Notes under the pieces: generated by a model
The model's input: only the letters and a program-made list of their open reading frames with translations
The model's database searches: none
Told to the model about the DNA's origin: nothing
Program-made: the position numbers and the translations under genes
Assembly (NCBI GenBank): GCA_963817525.1
Contig: CAWFOU010000007.1
Coordinates: 32,001-96,000 of the forward strand
Origin: an uncultured archaeon
Lineage (GTDB): Archaea > Thermoproteota > Nitrososphaeria > Nitrososphaerales > Gagatemarchaeaceae
DNA length: 64,000 bases
Reading direction: 5' to 3'
Part shown: positions 61,188-64,000 of the stretch, one piece after another
How positions within the stretch are numbered: the first letter of the stretch is position 1
How the letters are laid out: every line of letters begins with the position of its first letter

Positions 61188-61402
61188 GTTGACATCCCGG
61201 CGGAGTGAAATGTCAACATCTGAGGGCGATCTGGCAACATCGGAGGCTGTCATGTCAACATAAAGGGCGGCGTGTCAACATAAGGTTGCCACGGATGTCA
61301 ACATCGGCCCGTAATTTGGCAACCCTAAGGCTTCTCTTGGCAACCCTTCAACCCAAAATTGGCAACCCTGGGCGCAAGCTTGGCAACCCTATGTGGCAAC
61401 CT
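61188..61402. repeat. Iteron-like array, TG(T/G)CAAC core at ~21-bp period
   Basis: Cores at 61211, 61232, 61253, 61273, 61296, 61317, 61338, 61360, 61381, plus 61394 and inverted copies. Confidence 0.75.
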
Positions 61403-61751
61403 TGCCAAAATGGTGGGAGCGAGCACAAATCGACTAAATCGGCACGCTGCATGTCCACTCGGGGTTCCCAGACCCAGGCACTAACCCTGCACACCGATTT
61501 CCCAGACTGTATGCACTCTCTCCAGTTGGACATCCCAGTCTGCACACACTGTCCTGGGCAGGTCAGGGTGTATAGGCCCTGTTCATTCCGGTCTCCCAGC
61601 CTGCACACGGTTTCAGGCCGGGAATACGGCGAAGGTCCACCTCCGCCGCACTAGCACTACGAAGTTGATAACCGAGGCGTCCCGTCAGACACGGTCTCTG
61701 CGGACGCGTTACCCAAGGCAAGGTGCGACTAAAATGACGATAAGCGCGAGA

Positions 61752-62547
61752 TCAGGACTTCAGCTCGGCGATAGCCCTGGAGACCTCTGTTTGCCCGACA
61801 CCGAGATTCCGCGAAACTGCCGCGTAGTCATCGGCGGTGAAAAAGGACACGACGTCGTTGGCTCTTCCTTGGCCGATCATGGCAGACGCTCCTCTCTTCA
61901 GGTCGCTGACTTCTGAATCGGAGTGCCACAGAAGCCCGTAGATGTCCGCGATGTCCTTTAGCCGCTTGTGCTCCTTGTCCCTGTTTGAGACGGAGTTGAG
62001 CTTGGTCGCCAGCAGCACCTCGGGCTTGGGCAGGATGAGCTTCGCGCCGAATTCCTCCACCGTGACGTGCCTCTTCCCGTCGAAGACCTCCGAGAGCAGG
62101 GGCTCGTCGATCGGCACGAACCCGAGGACCTCCTTGGCGCGAGGATGTATCTTATCGACGATCGGGTCGATGTACATGTCGAAGATGAAGGACTGGTTCA
62201 CCTTCTTTGCCTTCCCTTCCGACAGCTCCTTCTTCGTCTCGGTGTCGACGTGCTTGACAAACTGAAAGCTGATGGGCTCGAAGCCCACGTCGCCGATTCT
62301 CTTGATGGTCTGCGCGAACACAGAGCTCCTGAGCTCCGAATCGGTCCATCGTGGATCTATGTGAAAGCCGAGGTCGATGTCCCGAGAGCCGATGAAATTC
62401 CTACCCTGCGAAGCGCTGAAGTTCTTGTTCACATTGATTTAGACCGCCCATTCCCCCTAGAAGGCATATCTGGCCTCCCAGCTCCCTGAGGACGGTGGAG
62501 AGCTGCGACCGGGAGACCTCTACCTCATAATCCTGGTAGAGAGACAT
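61752..62547 (-). pseudogene. Nucleotidyltransferase toxin (AbiEii-like, type IV TA), disrupted near 62440-62452
   Basis: CLLGG(W)AV, GSRDIDLG, LLATKL, DKEHKRLKDIADIYGL; a frameshift plus TAA in the GGWAVY motif. Confidence 0.7.
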
Positions 62548-63142
62548 TCTTCGACTCCTTGTCCATCAGCATCTCGGCCGCTTCCACGCACACCCCGCCT
62601 TCGCTGAGCAGGTCAACTATCAACTGAGGCATAGAGACGATTTTAAGACCACCCCTATCGAAGGAGCGGTAGAAGACCTGCTCGTCTCCGATCAGCACCC
62701 GCGTGTTCCCCTTCCCCACCAGGCCCTCCTTCGAAAGCAAGCTGTGCCACTTCGGCAGCTCCTCCGGCTTGATGTAAAAGTCGACCCTCGAGGGGAAGAG
62801 GTAGTTCTGGACGCGATTCTCTGCCTGATAGGTCGTGAGCGCGTAGCCCAGGCTTGTCTTGTTGAGCACGTCGAGCGGCTTCCTCAGCATGTACTCCCTC
62901 CTGTTTGGTTCCAGCCGCCACTTTTGCCACAGCGCCATCAGTTTCTTGTAGTCCTTCACCTTCGTTCCCTGCAGCATGCCACCGCGTTCCAGGTTTCTCA
63001 GGAGTTCGTGTACCCATGGGTACGCTCCCAGGGATTCTTTGGCTATCCTGTACTTCGACAGGGTTCCGGAAGGATTGTTCAGCAGTATCCGGAGTACCCT
63101 CTCTCTGATCGTCCCTCTTCTCTCAGGCATCCGACCAACCAA
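62525..63142 (-). CDS. AbiEi-like antitoxin (wHTH plus C-terminal domain)
   Basis: SKYRIAKE...YPWVHELLRNLE, YALTTY.AEN, IVSMPQLIVDLL.EGG...EAAE. Confidence 0.75.
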   Translation of the reverse strand: MVGRMPERRGTIRERVLRILLNNPSGTLSKYRIAKESLGAYPWVHELLRNLERGGMLQGTKVKDYKKLMALWQKWRLEPNRREYMLRKPLDVLNKTSLGYALTTYQAENRVQNYLFPSRVDFYIKPEELPKWHSLLSKEGLVGKGNTRVLIGDEQVFYRSFDRGGLKIVSMPQLIVDLLSEGGVCVEAAEMLMDKESKNVSLPGL

Positions 63143-63358
63143 GTATGTAGGTAACGCCCATATGAAGTCTCGATTACCTATATATCGGTAAGTATCAAAC
63201 TATTTAAACCCTACCTACACTATTAACAATGGCATTAGATACGCGCGGGCCCAATAAGATAGGGTCTGCTGCAGACCGGCCATCATGCCCTAGTGAAGGG
63301 CGCAAGGTAAGCTCCGCAGAATCGAAGTTTATCCTCTCCCTGTTCCGGATTCGCGGAG

Positions 63359-63453
63359 ATGTGGACAAATGCTGTCCACAATTCTGGACAAGAGTTATGG
63401 ACAGATGCCGTCCATAAGTCCAAACAAGAGTTATGGCCCAATGCGGGCCATAA
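63359..63453. repeat. Three palindromes at 36-bp period
   Basis: TGTGGACA-AATGC-TGTCCACA; TTATGGAC-AGATGCC-GTCCATAA; TTATGGCCC-AATGC-GGGCCATAA. Confidence 0.75.
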
Positions 63454-63827
63454 CTTTGCCAGGTTGCGATCCTTCTTCATGGTCTTTTTCACTTCAGGGC
63501 CGATGGTGTGCTTTCCCCGCGTCAGGCCGACGTGCCGGGCAGTCTCGCTGACCCTGCGATACATCCCACCGATGCCATACTTTCCGTACCAGGTCGACGA
63601 TCAGCTTCACGGGACGCCTTACCCCCGTTGACGCAGACGGAGTTCTCCGGCTTGTCGATTACCCCCATCTCCTCGTGGACGCACTTCGTCCTGAGATCTG
63701 CCATCTCGAAGTGCGGCCTCAGCGTCGTGAACGGGAAGTCGGCCTCAGCGACTAAAGCGACCCCTTGCTGCTCAGACAGATTCCGACTGGGTGTGGACGA
63801 CCTGCGGCGAGGTCGCCAGAGGATAGG

Positions 63828-64000
63828 CTAGGGTGCACCGCAGCCCACGTCAACCAGCGTCGCGTTCACGTTGCCCGTGGCCTGCACGTCGTGGAGGGCG
63901 AGCAGGTCTCCAGAGGCCGAGACGTAGAGCTCGCCCGCGTTGGCGTCGTACCCCGCGAAACTCGGCATGCTGGAGAAAGAGTACATGTTCAGCAGGGTGC
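63828..64000 (-). CDS. 3' end of a probable beta-propeller surface protein entering from the right edge
   Basis: ...PSFAGYDANAGELYVS...GCGAP* resembles a YVTN-type blade. Confidence 0.5.
   Translation of the reverse strand, partial: TLLNMYSFSSMPSFAGYDANAGELYVSASGDLLALHDVQATGNVNATLVDVGCGAP

Larger units (their letters stand above)
36000..63800. mobile_element. Composite accessory island (borders approximate)
   Basis: Lower GC by eye, TA modules, IS6, integrase remnants with tRNA-like cores, gene fragments, repeated peptidase cassettes. Confidence 0.7.

Noticed and set aside
169-62547. Programmed frameshifting or phase variation explaining the many split genes (~219, 19842, 21496, 47248, 54427, 62451 and others)
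   Set aside because: Most are single extra bases in very short homopolymers of unrelated genes, typical of long-read consensus error; cannot be claimed without reads
61188-63453. CRISPR arrays
   Set aside because: Repeat cores are too short or degenerate, spacers are only ~13 bp, and no cas genes are present
63460-63790. Third integrase remnant
   Set aside because: Coding-like fragments on the minus strand, but no recombinase motif could be identified

Overview
GC-rich archaeal DNA, most consistent with a non-ammonia-oxidising Nitrososphaerota/TACK lineage. This is inferred from the tetraether synthase Tes, an intron-containing tRNA-Gly(CCC), arcadin-1 and TrmB/Lrp regulators. Bases 1-36 kb are mostly housekeeping or metabolic: SDR, GNAT, PQQ-type beta-propeller, tes, two G1 glutamic peptidases, Tag, DUF47-PiT, TrmB, Bcp, queD-queC, an ABC transporter and a TnpB element. 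Bases ~36-64 kb are a visibly lower-GC accessory island with TA modules, an intact IS6 and two SSV-type integrase remnants carrying tRNA-like att cores. The main feature of the island is a co-oriented array of seven highly divergent secreted G1/thermopsin-like peptidase genes, each followed by a membrane-anchored partner gene. Six of the seven share one promoter architecture (TATA-like box, AAGAWTCA, then CARYTG-like hexamers at an exact 12-bp period; a 75-bp core is identical in three copies). Five of the six are preceded by an EarA/DUF1495-like regulator or a 3' stub of it. Separately, three displaced copies of the last 51-121 bp of tes, all ending at the stop codon, bound accessory cargo and suggest gene accretion at the tes 3' end. 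Many single-base frameshifts in short homopolymers look like sequencing error. All family assignments come from motif recognition by eye, not from database searches.
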